Below, piece by piece: positions 34,099-42,873 of a stretch of DNA of 64,000 nucleotides. Position 1 is the stretch's first letter, and the number at the start of each line of letters is the position of its first letter. Source of the stretch: Minisyncoccota bacterium (GTDB taxonomy: Bacteria; Patescibacteriota; Minisyncoccia; Phycocordibacterales; Phycocordibacteraceae); contig JAGOQE010000002.1 in NCBI GenBank assembly GCA_017991635.1, positions 35,018-99,017 of the forward strand, in the 5' to 3' direction. The notes under the pieces are model-generated. The model ran no database searches. It was given only the letters and a program-made list of their open reading frames with translations, and was not told the DNA's origin. The translations under genes were made by a program, and so were the position numbers.

Positions 34099-35463
34099 TT
34101 AAAACTCAGAGGCAAGTCCGCCATAGCCTGACTTATCAAGAGGTTGGAATGTGGTGCGCTTATCGTCAAAGAAGAGTTCAACCATACCGGTAGGGCCGTT
34201 ACGGTGCTTTTCAATAAGGATTTCTGCAATGTTTGGTCGGTCACTGTCTGGATTACGTTTGTCCTCGCGGTGAATGAACATAACGACGTCAGCGTCCTGC
34301 TCAATAGAACCTGAGTCACGAAGGTCTGAAAGACGAGGCTTTCCTCCGCGCTGTTCAACGGCACGAGAGAGCTGTGAGAGGGCAAGGACGGGAACCTTGA
34401 GCTCACGGGCAAGGGACTTGAGGGAGCGAGAAATTTCGGTTACTTGTTGCACCATGTTGTCTGAGTTTTTGGTATTGGTCGGAGCCATGAGCTGGAGGTA
34501 GTCCACAATGATGAGACCGATACCGTGTTCACGCTTAAGTCGTCTAGCAACGGCACGCATGGATAGAATATTGTTGCCAGGCTTATCGTCAATAAAGATA
34601 GGCGCCTTTGAAAGAGACTCAAGCGCATCTCGAATGCGTCCAAAATCTTCCTCATCCTTCACGCCTCCGGTACGAAGCTTCCATGAGTTCACGTAGCTCT
34701 CTGAGGAGAGCATACGGTCAATCAACTGCTCGGAGCTCATTTCAAGTGAGAAGATACCCACTGGAACGTTGTGACGCACGGCGGCATTACGTGCGATATC
34801 GAGGGCAAGGGAAGTCTTACCCATAGAAGGACGCGCAGCAAGAATGATGAGGTCTGAGGGGTGAAGACCTGAGAGAAGAGAATCCAAATCAGGGAAGCCG
34901 GTTGGTGTACCGCGAATACCGTCTTCTTTTTTGGAGAGGGCTTCAATACGATTCCATGCGTCTTCAATCTTTTCCGAGATGGCAATGAACTTGTGTGTCG
35001 CTGAGCGGTCTCCAATTGAGTAGATAAGCTTCTCCGCTCTATCAAGCACTGCAGCAGAGTCCTCACTGTCTTGAAAGGCAGATTCAGAAATTTCATGAGA
35101 CGCATCAATCAAGGCACGCATGACGTGCTTACGAGCCACAAGCTCAGCGTAGTGGTGATAGTTACCGGGAGCAGGAGCAGAGTTTGCAAGCTCGGCAATG
35201 TAGGCACGTCCACCAATGCGCTCCAGAGTACCCTTAGCGCTCAAGCGTTCAGAAAGTGAGACGATATCAATCGGCTCTCCACGTTCAGAGAGTTCACGCA
35301 TCGCCTCAAAAATGGAGCGGTGCTTGTCAGCATAAAAAGAATCATGACGCACGATATCTCCTACGTCATGAATAACGTCAGGCTTCAAAAGAAGTGCACC
35401 AAGAAGGGCGCGCTCAGACTCAAGACTTTGAGGTGGAATGCGGACAGTGGGGTCGTTGGCCAT
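34099..35463 (-). CDS. dnaB: Replicative DNA helicase DnaB
   Basis: Walker A GARPSMGKTS, DnaB N- and C-domain patterns, 454 aa. Confidence 0.92.
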   Translation of the reverse strand: MANDPTVRIPPQSLESERALLGALLLKPDVIHDVGDIVRHDSFYADKHRSIFEAMRELSERGEPIDIVSLSERLSAKGTLERIGGRAYIAELANSAPAPGNYHHYAELVARKHVMRALIDASHEISESAFQDSEDSAAVLDRAEKLIYSIGDRSATHKFIAISEKIEDAWNRIEALSKKEDGIRGTPTGFPDLDSLLSGLHPSDLIILAARPSMGKTSLALDIARNAAVRHNVPVGIFSLEMSSEQLIDRMLSSESYVNSWKLRTGGVKDEEDFGRIRDALESLSKAPIFIDDKPGNNILSMRAVARRLKREHGIGLIIVDYLQLMAPTNTKNSDNMVQQVTEISRSLKSLARELKVPVLALSQLSRAVEQRGGKPRLSDLRDSGSIEQDADVVMFIHREDKRNPDSDRPNIAEILIEKHRNGPTGMVELFFDDKRTTFQPLDKSGYGGLASEF

Positions 35464-35481
35464 CCGCTTGATTGTAGCACT

Positions 35482-36978
35482 TTAGCGTTTATGAACGAGG
35501 GGGCCAGAAGCGCTGTCTTCCACACGATATCCCCGTTCCTCTATGTGGATACGGAAACGGTCTGCCTCTACGAAATTCTTCGATTTCCTTGCTTCTTCGC
35601 GGTTTTTGACCAGTATTTTTACTTCTTCAGGAATTTCGTGATCGGCAAGGGGAAGGAATCGTACCGGAGGGTAGAGAAGGGAAAGTCCAAGTACGTCATC
35701 AAGTACGGTGATGACTCCAAAGGCGTCTTTTGCGCTTATTGTGTCGTCCTTGAGTACGCTCCAGAGAAAGGCAATTGCTTGAGGAGTTGAAAGGTCCTCA
35801 CGCACAATGGTTAAGGCACGACGTGAAGCATCGCTTCCGTTGGCTACTCCCTTTGCCTCGTGTTTAATCTCTTCACAGGCACGCCAGAGGCGATGCAGTG
35901 CATCGTTAGACGCTTCAAGTGATTCCCATGAGAAGGAAAGGGGAGAACGGTAGTGTGCTGTTAAAAACAGGTAGCGAAGAGAGAGTGGGTGAAAGCCTCG
36001 TTCAACAATATCTGAAACGTAAATATCATTCCCAAGTGATTTTGAAATAGGGTCACCCTGTATAGAGAGAAACGCTCCATGAATCCAGAAACGTGCGAGC
36101 GGACGCTCGTTTGCAGATTCAGACTGCGCAATTTCATTATTGTGATGAATGGCTACGAGGTCTTCACCTCCCGCATGTATATCAATCTCGTCACCCAAAA
36201 GCGCTTTAATCATTGCAGAACACTCAATGTGCCATCCTGGATTTCCAAAGCCCCAAGGAGAATTCCATTGTTGTAGGTCACCACGCTTTGCTTTGCGCCA
36301 GAGGGCGAAGTCAGCCGGACTCTTCTTCTCAGTATTTTCTCCAATACGACTGACGGCTGCGAGGTGAATACGCTTCTTTAGCGATGCGGCGGAGCCCTGC
36401 TTGATAACGGCCTCAGGGGCGTGTCCGCCGAGCCTTCCGTAATTTGCAAACTGCGCAGTGTCAAAATAGAGACCATCACTTGTCTGGTACGTGTAGCCCT
36501 TCTTTTCAAGAACCTTAACCATGGCAATCTGCTCCTCAATATATTCAGTTGCTTTAGGAAAGCGGATGCTTCTGGTGTTAACTCCAAGAAGTTCCAAATC
36601 CTCTATAAACATATCGGTGTAGCGTTTCGCAATTTCTGCAGGCGTCGTGCCTTCGCGTTTGGCGCCGAGCGTCATCTTGTCTTCACCTGTCTCTTGGTCG
36701 GCTACGAGGTGACCCACGTCAGTGATGTTCGTAATACGATGTACGTGTAGTCCTGCCTGTGCAAGGGTGCGCGCAATACTGTCTGCCATGATGTGCGTGC
36801 GCATGTTACCGATGTGCGCTTTTCCGTACACTGTTGGACCGCAAGCATAAAAGGAAACCTCACCCTTATGCAGGGGCGCAAAAGCCTCACGCTTGCCCGA
36901 CTGTGTATTGGTGAAAAATATAGGGGCAGAACAATCGAGTGGTTTTGGAGCAGTCTTACGGACAAGAAATGAAAACAT
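35482..36978 (-). CDS. cysS: Cysteinyl-tRNA synthetase
   Basis: CGPTVYGKAHIGN (HIGH) and the KMSKS-equivalent ISKSLGN. Start ambiguous between Met1 (36990) and Met5 (36978). Confidence 0.88.
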   Translation of the reverse strand: MFSFLVRKTAPKPLDCSAPIFFTNTQSGKREAFAPLHKGEVSFYACGPTVYGKAHIGNMRTHIMADSIARTLAQAGLHVHRITNITDVGHLVADQETGEDKMTLGAKREGTTPAEIAKRYTDMFIEDLELLGVNTRSIRFPKATEYIEEQIAMVKVLEKKGYTYQTSDGLYFDTAQFANYGRLGGHAPEAVIKQGSAASLKKRIHLAAVSRIGENTEKKSPADFALWRKAKRGDLQQWNSPWGFGNPGWHIECSAMIKALLGDEIDIHAGGEDLVAIHHNNEIAQSESANERPLARFWIHGAFLSIQGDPISKSLGNDIYVSDIVERGFHPLSLRYLFLTAHYRSPLSFSWESLEASNDALHRLWRACEEIKHEAKGVANGSDASRRALTIVREDLSTPQAIAFLWSVLKDDTISAKDAFGVITVLDDVLGLSLLYPPVRFLPLADHEIPEEVKILVKNREEARKSKNFVEADRFRIHIEERGYRVEDSASGPLVHKR

Positions 36979-36980
36979 AC

Positions 36981-37898
36981 CTATATCCAACGCTTAACTT
37001 TGAAGAAGGTCAAGAAGGAGAGGGCGAGGGAGAGCATGATGGCAAGAATAATCCAGAAATCACCATGAATACCAATAATAGGTAGGTAATCAGTTTCCAT
37101 GGCAAACAAGGCCGCGAGGAAGGTGAGCGGGAAGGTCACGAAGGACATGATGGTGAGACTCTTCATGACTTGGTTTTGAGAAGAGGATAGGAGGGAGTCG
37201 TTGGTGATACGTAACTCTCCTGCAACTTCACGATAGGAAGCGATAAGTGCTGCCACATGGTCACGTTCAGCCGCAATGTGTGAGGCGTGCACCATGAATC
37301 CTTTTCCAAAGAATGACGCTGCAGAAAGGTGTTCGAAAACTAAATCAAGCGATTCTGCGTGACGACGAAGGGTTGTGTCAAAACGGAGGAGTACGCGATT
37401 TACTTCAGAAATAGTGTGCACGATTTCTCGCTCGTGACCGGCAAAAATATCCTTCTCAATACGTTCAAGCATGATACCGATGCGCTCACTCTCCTGACGA
37501 ATAGCACCATAGAGTCTACGCATCATGCGTTCAAATAGTTCGCTTGCATGAGTCTCGTGAATAGGAAGATCAAGGAGTTCTTCTGCTTCAAATACTTTGT
37601 GTAGGTTGTGAATCGTTTCGATGACTTCGTACCTCGCGGTAATGAGGAAGTTTTTTCCAACAATAAAGTCAATTTCCTGACGCTTAGCTCCTCCAGAGGC
37701 TTCCGTCGTTGGGAAGTGGAGAATCATGTAGATGTAGCTTGGGAAGGAGACGACAATAGGATACGGAGTGGGACTTATGATTTCCTCTTCAACGCGCGCA
37801 TCAATTCTGAACTCCCGCATAATGCTTTGGAGTTCATCAAGCGTGGGTGACTCCATGTCTACCCACACCACCTTGCCTCGCGTATGGCGTGTAATCAT
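36981..37898 (-). CDS. CorA-family divalent cation transporter (variant GMN motif)
   Basis: Cytoplasmic alpha/beta domain plus two C-terminal TM helices with MKSLTIMSFVTFPLTFLAALFAMET, where the canonical YGMNF is replaced. Confidence 0.65.
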   Translation of the reverse strand: MITRHTRGKVVWVDMESPTLDELQSIMREFRIDARVEEEIISPTPYPIVVSFPSYIYMILHFPTTEASGGAKRQEIDFIVGKNFLITARYEVIETIHNLHKVFEAEELLDLPIHETHASELFERMMRRLYGAIRQESERIGIMLERIEKDIFAGHEREIVHTISEVNRVLLRFDTTLRRHAESLDLVFEHLSAASFFGKGFMVHASHIAAERDHVAALIASYREVAGELRITNDSLLSSSQNQVMKSLTIMSFVTFPLTFLAALFAMETDYLPIIGIHGDFWIILAIMLSLALSFLTFFKVKRWI

Positions 37899-37996
37899 CG
37901 TACGTAAAGTATATCAGCGAACGGTTACTTCTTTATTGCGTACCCTGTGCGCCTTGTGTACAGAGCGAGACGGGTGCGTGATACACTGACTTCACG

Positions 37997-39253
37997 ATGG
38001 AGGATACACATACAAAAAATACATTTACTGGATGGAAGGGTGCACGCATGGCGATAGCGTTTGCTGTCGTGCTCGCCCTTGGTTTTGTTGGCGGAGTTTC
38101 AGTAGGCGCAAGTGGCGGACAGAATGTATTTTCAGGTAACGCACTTCTTGGTGGTCCTTCTGCACTCCCTGATCAAAGTGCTGACCTCGCTGATTTTTGG
38201 CGTGCATGGAACACCTTGAACGAGAAGTTTGTTGAGACGCATGCGTCTACGACACTACCTACGTCCGAAGAGCGTGTGTGGGGAGCTATTGAAGGACTCA
38301 CGAGTTCATACGGAGATCCGTACACTATCTTTATGCCACCAGAAAAGGCAAAGATTTTCAACGCAGACATTCAAGGAAACTTTGAGGGTGTGGGTATGGA
38401 AATTGGCATGAGTAAAAATAAGATTATCTCAGTCATTGCTCCTTTGAAGGGAACTCCTGCAGAGCGTGCTGGTATGCGCACCGGAGATGAAATTCTCGCC
38501 ATTAACGACACTTCAACTGAAGGCATGTCTACAGATGCTGCGGTAAAGATTATTCGTGGACCAAAGGGAACCGAAGTGGTATTCAAGGTGCTTCGTGAGG
38601 GAGAAATTTCTGAAATTACCGTTGTGCGTGATGTCATCAACGTGCCATCAATGGAGGCGATTAACGACCCATCAACAGGAGTATTCACCATCTCGTTCTA
38701 TTCCTTTAGTGGAAACTCAGCGCAACTATTTGCTAAGTCAATGGAAGAGTTCAAGGCTTCCGGCAGCACGCGACTTCTGATTGATCTTCGCGGTAATCCT
38801 GGAGGGTATCTTGATGCTGCGGTAAAGATTGCAGGTCACTTCCTTGCTAAGGGAGAGGTTGTGGTCACAGAAGACTACAAGGGTAACAGAGAGAATGTCG
38901 TGCACCGAAGCCCTGGCCCAGGCGTTCTGCCTCAAGGAACTCGTGTTGCGATTCTCATTGACCAAGGTTCAGCTTCTGCATCTGAAATTCTAGCGGGTGC
39001 GCTTCAAGACCATGAGAAAGCAACCCTTATTGGTACCCGTTCATACGGAAAGGGTTCTGTGCAGGAGTTGGTAAAGATTGGAGAGGCATCTCTTAAGGTT
39101 ACGGTAGCTCGCTGGCTCACTCCCGAAGAGCGCTCAATCTCAGATGGTGGATTAACTCCTGATATCGAGGTGCTTCGTACGCCTGAGGAAGCTAAGGCAG
39201 GAAAGGACCCGCAGAAAGAAAGAGCTCTTGAGTTCCTTCGTACTCTAGAATAG
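37997..39253 (+). CDS. ctpA: C-terminal processing peptidase (S41) with PDZ domain
   Basis: PDZ region, catalytic Ser region GSASASEILAGAL, Lys-region KGSVQ. Confidence 0.85.
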   Translation: MEDTHTKNTFTGWKGARMAIAFAVVLALGFVGGVSVGASGGQNVFSGNALLGGPSALPDQSADLADFWRAWNTLNEKFVETHASTTLPTSEERVWGAIEGLTSSYGDPYTIFMPPEKAKIFNADIQGNFEGVGMEIGMSKNKIISVIAPLKGTPAERAGMRTGDEILAINDTSTEGMSTDAAVKIIRGPKGTEVVFKVLREGEISEITVVRDVINVPSMEAINDPSTGVFTISFYSFSGNSAQLFAKSMEEFKASGSTRLLIDLRGNPGGYLDAAVKIAGHFLAKGEVVVTEDYKGNRENVVHRSPGPGVLPQGTRVAILIDQGSASASEILAGALQDHEKATLIGTRSYGKGSVQELVKIGEASLKVTVARWLTPEERSISDGGLTPDIEVLRTPEEAKAGKDPQKERALEFLRTLE

Positions 39254-39298
39254 GGCTTAGTTGCGCCATACCCGCATACACGGTAGGATAGACACACT

Positions 39299-39724
39299 AT
39301 GAAAGTTGTACTACTAAAAGACGTGAAGGACATGGGCCGTGCGCATACTACCGTTGAAGTTTCTGACGGACACGCTATTAATTTTCTTATTCCCCGAAAG
39401 CTTGCTGTTGCCGCAACTGAAGGAGCTCTCAAAAATGCCTCAGTTCGTGTGAAGCAGGTGATTGACCGAAAGGAGCTTGACCACAAGCTTGTGGAGGAGC
39501 GTCTTCAGGCCCTTTCTGAGGGAGTTCTTGAGATTATCAAGAAAGCGAACGAGCAGGGTCACCTCTACGATGGAGTTGATGCAAAGGAGCTTGCAGAGGT
39601 TGCTGCACTTCCTGCTGACGTTATCCGTATTGAGAAGCCTTTCAAGGAGCTCGGTGATTTTGAAGTGCCTGTCTCTTACGGTGAAGCTTTCGGCTCATTC
39701 CACATCCGTATTGTTGCTGAGTAG
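39299..39724 (+). CDS. rplI: 50S ribosomal protein L9
   Basis: MKVVLLKDVKDMG...; characteristic L9. Confidence 0.88.
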   Translation: MKVVLLKDVKDMGRAHTTVEVSDGHAINFLIPRKLAVAATEGALKNASVRVKQVIDRKELDHKLVEERLQALSEGVLEIIKKANEQGHLYDGVDAKELAEVAALPADVIRIEKPFKELGDFEVPVSYGEAFGSFHIRIVAE

Positions 39725-39736
39725 TGAATATACAGG

Positions 39737-39769
39737 GAAAGGGCGCGGAAGAATCTCTTCCGCGCCCTT
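39737..39769 (+). terminator. Intrinsic terminator of rplI
   Basis: 15-bp perfect stem aaagggcgcggaaga / tcttccgcgcccttt with a 3-nt loop, followed by TTTCGTTTTTCT. Confidence 0.7.
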
Positions 39770-39785
39770 TTTCGTTTTTCTCGTG

Positions 39786-40382
39786 CTAGAAGAAGCTTTC
39801 GCCTCTCGCACGATTTCGCTTCGAGAGCGTGCCACCCTTTTGGCGGCTCCATTTTTTACCAGATTTCTGCCATCTCCATCCGAGGACAATGATTGAGAAC
39901 ACGCGCCACAGAAAGAAGAGGAACGAACAGATAGGCTTTATGAGAACAATGATCAGCAAAGTAAAGAAGCCGACCACGTAGAATTCATAATTTTCCTTGA
40001 ACGTATTAGGCCGAAGCTCGCGATCAAGCGCTTCTTTCAGTTCGCGGGCTTGTCCTTCAGCGGTGGCAGCTTTCGCCTGTGCCTCTGTAACGAGTGCGTC
40101 CTTACTGGCAAGAAGTGCTTGGTCAGCTATGGCGCGTGCGCACACGTCACCAGGCATCTCGCCTAGAGCAATAGGGTACGTTCGCTCGAAAAGCGTGAAG
40201 CGAAAGCCCGGCTGGATTCGCGTAAGGTCCTCTTGGCCGTACTTTTCGACAAGACCAGCTTCACACTGTGCTTTTGGCGAAGAGACGCTTGCGGGCACCG
40301 CCTCTGCTGGAGTTTGGGCTCCAGACAGAGAGGGGACCGCAAAAGCTATTAGCAACACGAGTGCCGTCAAATATCTATGCAT
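39786..40382 (-). CDS. Hypothetical secreted/membrane protein (signal peptide plus C-terminal TM)
   Basis: N-terminus MHRYLTALVLLIAFAVPSLSGAQ; hydrophobic C-terminus. Confidence 0.45.
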   Translation of the reverse strand: MHRYLTALVLLIAFAVPSLSGAQTPAEAVPASVSSPKAQCEAGLVEKYGQEDLTRIQPGFRFTLFERTYPIALGEMPGDVCARAIADQALLASKDALVTEAQAKAATAEGQARELKEALDRELRPNTFKENYEFYVVGFFTLLIIVLIKPICSFLFFLWRVFSIIVLGWRWQKSGKKWSRQKGGTLSKRNRARGESFF

Positions 40383-40497
40383 GTGCCCCTCCCGAAAGGC
40401 TCAAAATGATCTATAAGGGCCGTTTGCCCCAAGAAAGGATACTGACACAAAAAGACCCTGGAAACAACTCCAGGGTCTTTTTAGGGAAGGGTAATCC

Positions 40498-40776
40498 TTA
40501 TGCTGGGATAACGTGCACGATTTTCTTTCGGCGAGTATTGCCGTCAAAGTTAGTCTTGCGCATTTCTCCGAACTTAACGACACCTGTAACCATTGAGAAA
40601 AGGGTGTGGTCACGGCCTACGCGAACATTCTTGCCTGGTTCAACCTTTGTACCGCGCTGACGAATGATAACCATGCCTGGGCGAGCAGATGCGCCGTCAG
40701 CAAGCTTAACCCCAAGGTATTTTGGGTTTGAGTCGCGTAAGTTTTTTGTTGAGCCGCCGGCTTTTGTACTTGCCAT
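40498..40776 (-). CDS. rpmA: 50S ribosomal protein L27
   Basis: [24 protein letters not shown]...; characteristic L27. Confidence 0.9.
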   Translation of the reverse strand: MASTKAGGSTKNLRDSNPKYLGVKLADGASARPGMVIIRQRGTKVEPGKNVRVGRDHTLFSMVTGVVKFGEMRKTNFDGNTRRKKIVHVIPA

Positions 40777-40833
40777 AATGGTATGCTGTTAGTGCGTATG
40801 AGTATAGCAACACTCACCCAGAAAGGCAAGGAT

Positions 40834-41214
40834 ATGCTCACTTCAGTGCCAAATCACGTCCTCTATGTCCTTCTTCTCCTCGTTACGGCAATTCTAGCCT
40901 TTTCCCTAGGTATATTGGCGGGGAAAGATCTTGAACGAGGCGCCCTGGAGCTTCAAATGACGACTTTTCCTATGGAAGAGGTACAGACTACCAAGAACAC
41001 GTCAGAAGCCAGTGTTTCCAAGGCTGTTCAGGAGCAAGCAGTTGTGCCTAAGGAGGGTGGGGGATATGTGGCTTCTAAAAGTGGCACTCGCTACTACCTC
41101 CCATGGTGCAGTGGTGTCTCCCGTATTAAGGAAGAAAATAAGGTCTGGTTCAGTACGAAGGAAGAGGCTGAGGCTCGCGGACTTACTCCAGCAAAGAATT
41201 GTGAGGGTATGTAA
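40834..41214 (+). CDS. Hypothetical membrane-anchored protein with an Ada-N-like C-terminal motif
   Basis: TM at the N-terminus. The C-terminus YYLPWCSGVSRIKEENKVWFSTKEEAEARGLTPAKNC resembles the Ada metal-binding/HTH N-domain pattern but has only two Cys. Confidence 0.4.
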   Translation: MLTSVPNHVLYVLLLLVTAILAFSLGILAGKDLERGALELQMTTFPMEEVQTTKNTSEASVSKAVQEQAVVPKEGGGYVASKSGTRYYLPWCSGVSRIKEENKVWFSTKEEAEARGLTPAKNCEGM

Positions 41215-41259
41215 CTATCCCCGAGGAGTGGGGAAGTTGTCCTGGTATAGTGTATCTAC

Positions 41260-41859
41260 ATGATTGCTCTTGATGTTGAGACAACTGGCATGAGTCCTGA
41301 GCATTGCTCCATTGTTTCCTTGGGCGCTGTTGATACAAAGAACCCTTCTAATCAGTTTTATGAAGAGTGCGGAGTGAGAGAAGATGCGCACATCCACGAA
41401 GAAGCACTCGCCGTACATGGCTTCACGAGGGAAGAGCTTCTTCATGGTGGGAAGCAGTCGGAATCTGAGCTTATTAAAAACTTTGTTGCGTGGGCACTCG
41501 ATGGTATTGAGGACAGGACACTCATTGCACAGAATCCATCCTTCGACCATGACTTCGTGAGGAGCGCGTGTGACAGAGCAAATATAGAATTTCCTTTCGC
41601 AAAGCGTACGCTCGATGTCCATTCGCTTGTTTGGCTGCATATGCAACACAAGGGAATCCCACAGCCAACAGGCAGACATCACTCACTTATAAATTTGGAC
41701 TTTGCACTTCGCTACTGCGGTATTCCTGAAGAGCCACATCCACACAATGCACTCACCGGAGCACTATCCCATGCGGAGGTGTTCTTTCGCGTAGCGTATA
41801 ATCAAAAAACATTGCCAGAGTTTCTAGCGTACGACATACCATGGATGACGAATCAGTAG
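41260..41859 (+). CDS. DnaQ-like (DEDDh) 3'-5' exonuclease
   Basis: Exo I LDVETTG, Exo II FDHDF and an Exo III H/D region. Confidence 0.75.
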   Translation: MIALDVETTGMSPEHCSIVSLGAVDTKNPSNQFYEECGVREDAHIHEEALAVHGFTREELLHGGKQSESELIKNFVAWALDGIEDRTLIAQNPSFDHDFVRSACDRANIEFPFAKRTLDVHSLVWLHMQHKGIPQPTGRHHSLINLDFALRYCGIPEEPHPHNALTGALSHAEVFFRVAYNQKTLPEFLAYDIPWMTNQ

Positions 41860-42599
41860 TGCCAACAACCATCAAGGAGCCAAACCACCGAGCCGTAGCA
41901 GAAAAGCTCACTCGCGCCATAGAGGAAGGTAGACATGAGATGCCCGAATCTCCTGAGCCTCTTGTGTGTAAACCACGACAACTTGAATCGTGGAGAGTGT
42001 TTAAGATTATGTCTGAATTTGTTGAGGGCTTTGAACTTATTCAGAAGTACGGTCTAGCGGCTTCAGTGTTTGGCACTGCGCGTTGCGGTTTTGATGATGA
42101 AGTGTACCAGTCTGCTACCGAACTTTCGGCACGACTTGCCAAAAGTGGCTATGCAATTATCACCGGAGGAAGTGCCGGGGTGATGGAGGCTGCCAACAAG
42201 GGAGCGTATGACGCTGGAGGTGCTTCTATTGGGCTCAATATCGAACTACCGCATGAGCAGAATGAGAACGGCTATCTGACTGAGTCACAGACGTTCCATC
42301 ACTTTTTTGTTCGTAAGGTGATGCTCACGTTTGCGTCAGAGGTGTACATCTATTTCCCCGGAGGTTTCGGCACACTGGATGAGTTTACAGAAATTCTAAC
42401 GTTGGTGCAGACAAAGAAAATAAAGCGCGTGCCGATTGTGCTCTATGGAAAGGATTACTGGTCTCCACTCATCACGTTCTTTGAGAACGACCTCTTCAAG
42501 AAGCATCACGCAATAGATGAAGCGGACTTGGAACTCTATAAGGTCGTTGACTCAGTTGATGATGCGTATGACTACATCATCAAGACGGTGCGGTGCTAA
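41841..42599 (+). CDS. LOG family protein (cytokinin riboside 5'-monophosphate phosphoribohydrolase-like)
   Basis: GGSAGVMEAANKGA and PGGFGTLDEF motifs. Confidence 0.8.
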   Translation: MDDESVVPTTIKEPNHRAVAEKLTRAIEEGRHEMPESPEPLVCKPRQLESWRVFKIMSEFVEGFELIQKYGLAASVFGTARCGFDDEVYQSATELSARLAKSGYAIITGGSAGVMEAANKGAYDAGGASIGLNIELPHEQNENGYLTESQTFHHFFVRKVMLTFASEVYIYFPGGFGTLDEFTEILTLVQTKKIKRVPIVLYGKDYWSPLITFFENDLFKKHHAIDEADLELYKVVDSVDDAYDYIIKTVRC

Positions 42600-42600
42600 G

Positions 42601-42629
42601 TTGACATACTTCATTTTTCGGGTTAGATT
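42601..42629 (+). promoter_or_regulatory. Promoter-like TTGACA-N17-TAGATT upstream of the leader region of the ABC exporter
   Basis: Perfect -35 directly after the LOG stop; weaker -10. Confidence 0.35.
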
Positions 42630-42810
42630 CTTTCTACGTCGGATAACCGGCAGAACTACTATGACAAATACCATTTCACAGTTTGCGCCAACAACCATGC
42701 GTTTTGCAGGGTTTTCAGGTGTGTTCCTACCTTCTGGTGCGCCACGCGCGTACACCAAGAGTGGAGGGCAGTGTGTTATGGCTACGTAATCAGTATTCTG
42801 ATAGGTACCC

Positions 42811-42840
42811 ACAACGCCCTGCTCTCAAGCAGGGCGTTGT
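42811..42840 (+). terminator. Hairpin (12-bp stem) 33 nt upstream of the ABC exporter start; candidate attenuator/terminator
   Basis: acaacgccctgc-tctcaa-gcagggcgttgt, followed by TCGTTG. Confidence 0.45.
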
Positions 42841-42873
42841 TCGTTGATATAGGGAAAGAAAAAGGAGACAGAC

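Noticed and set aside
41215-41682. 155-aa minus-strand ORF overlapping the DnaQ-like exonuclease
   Set aside because: The plus-strand gene has clear Exo I-III motifs; the antisense ORF has none.
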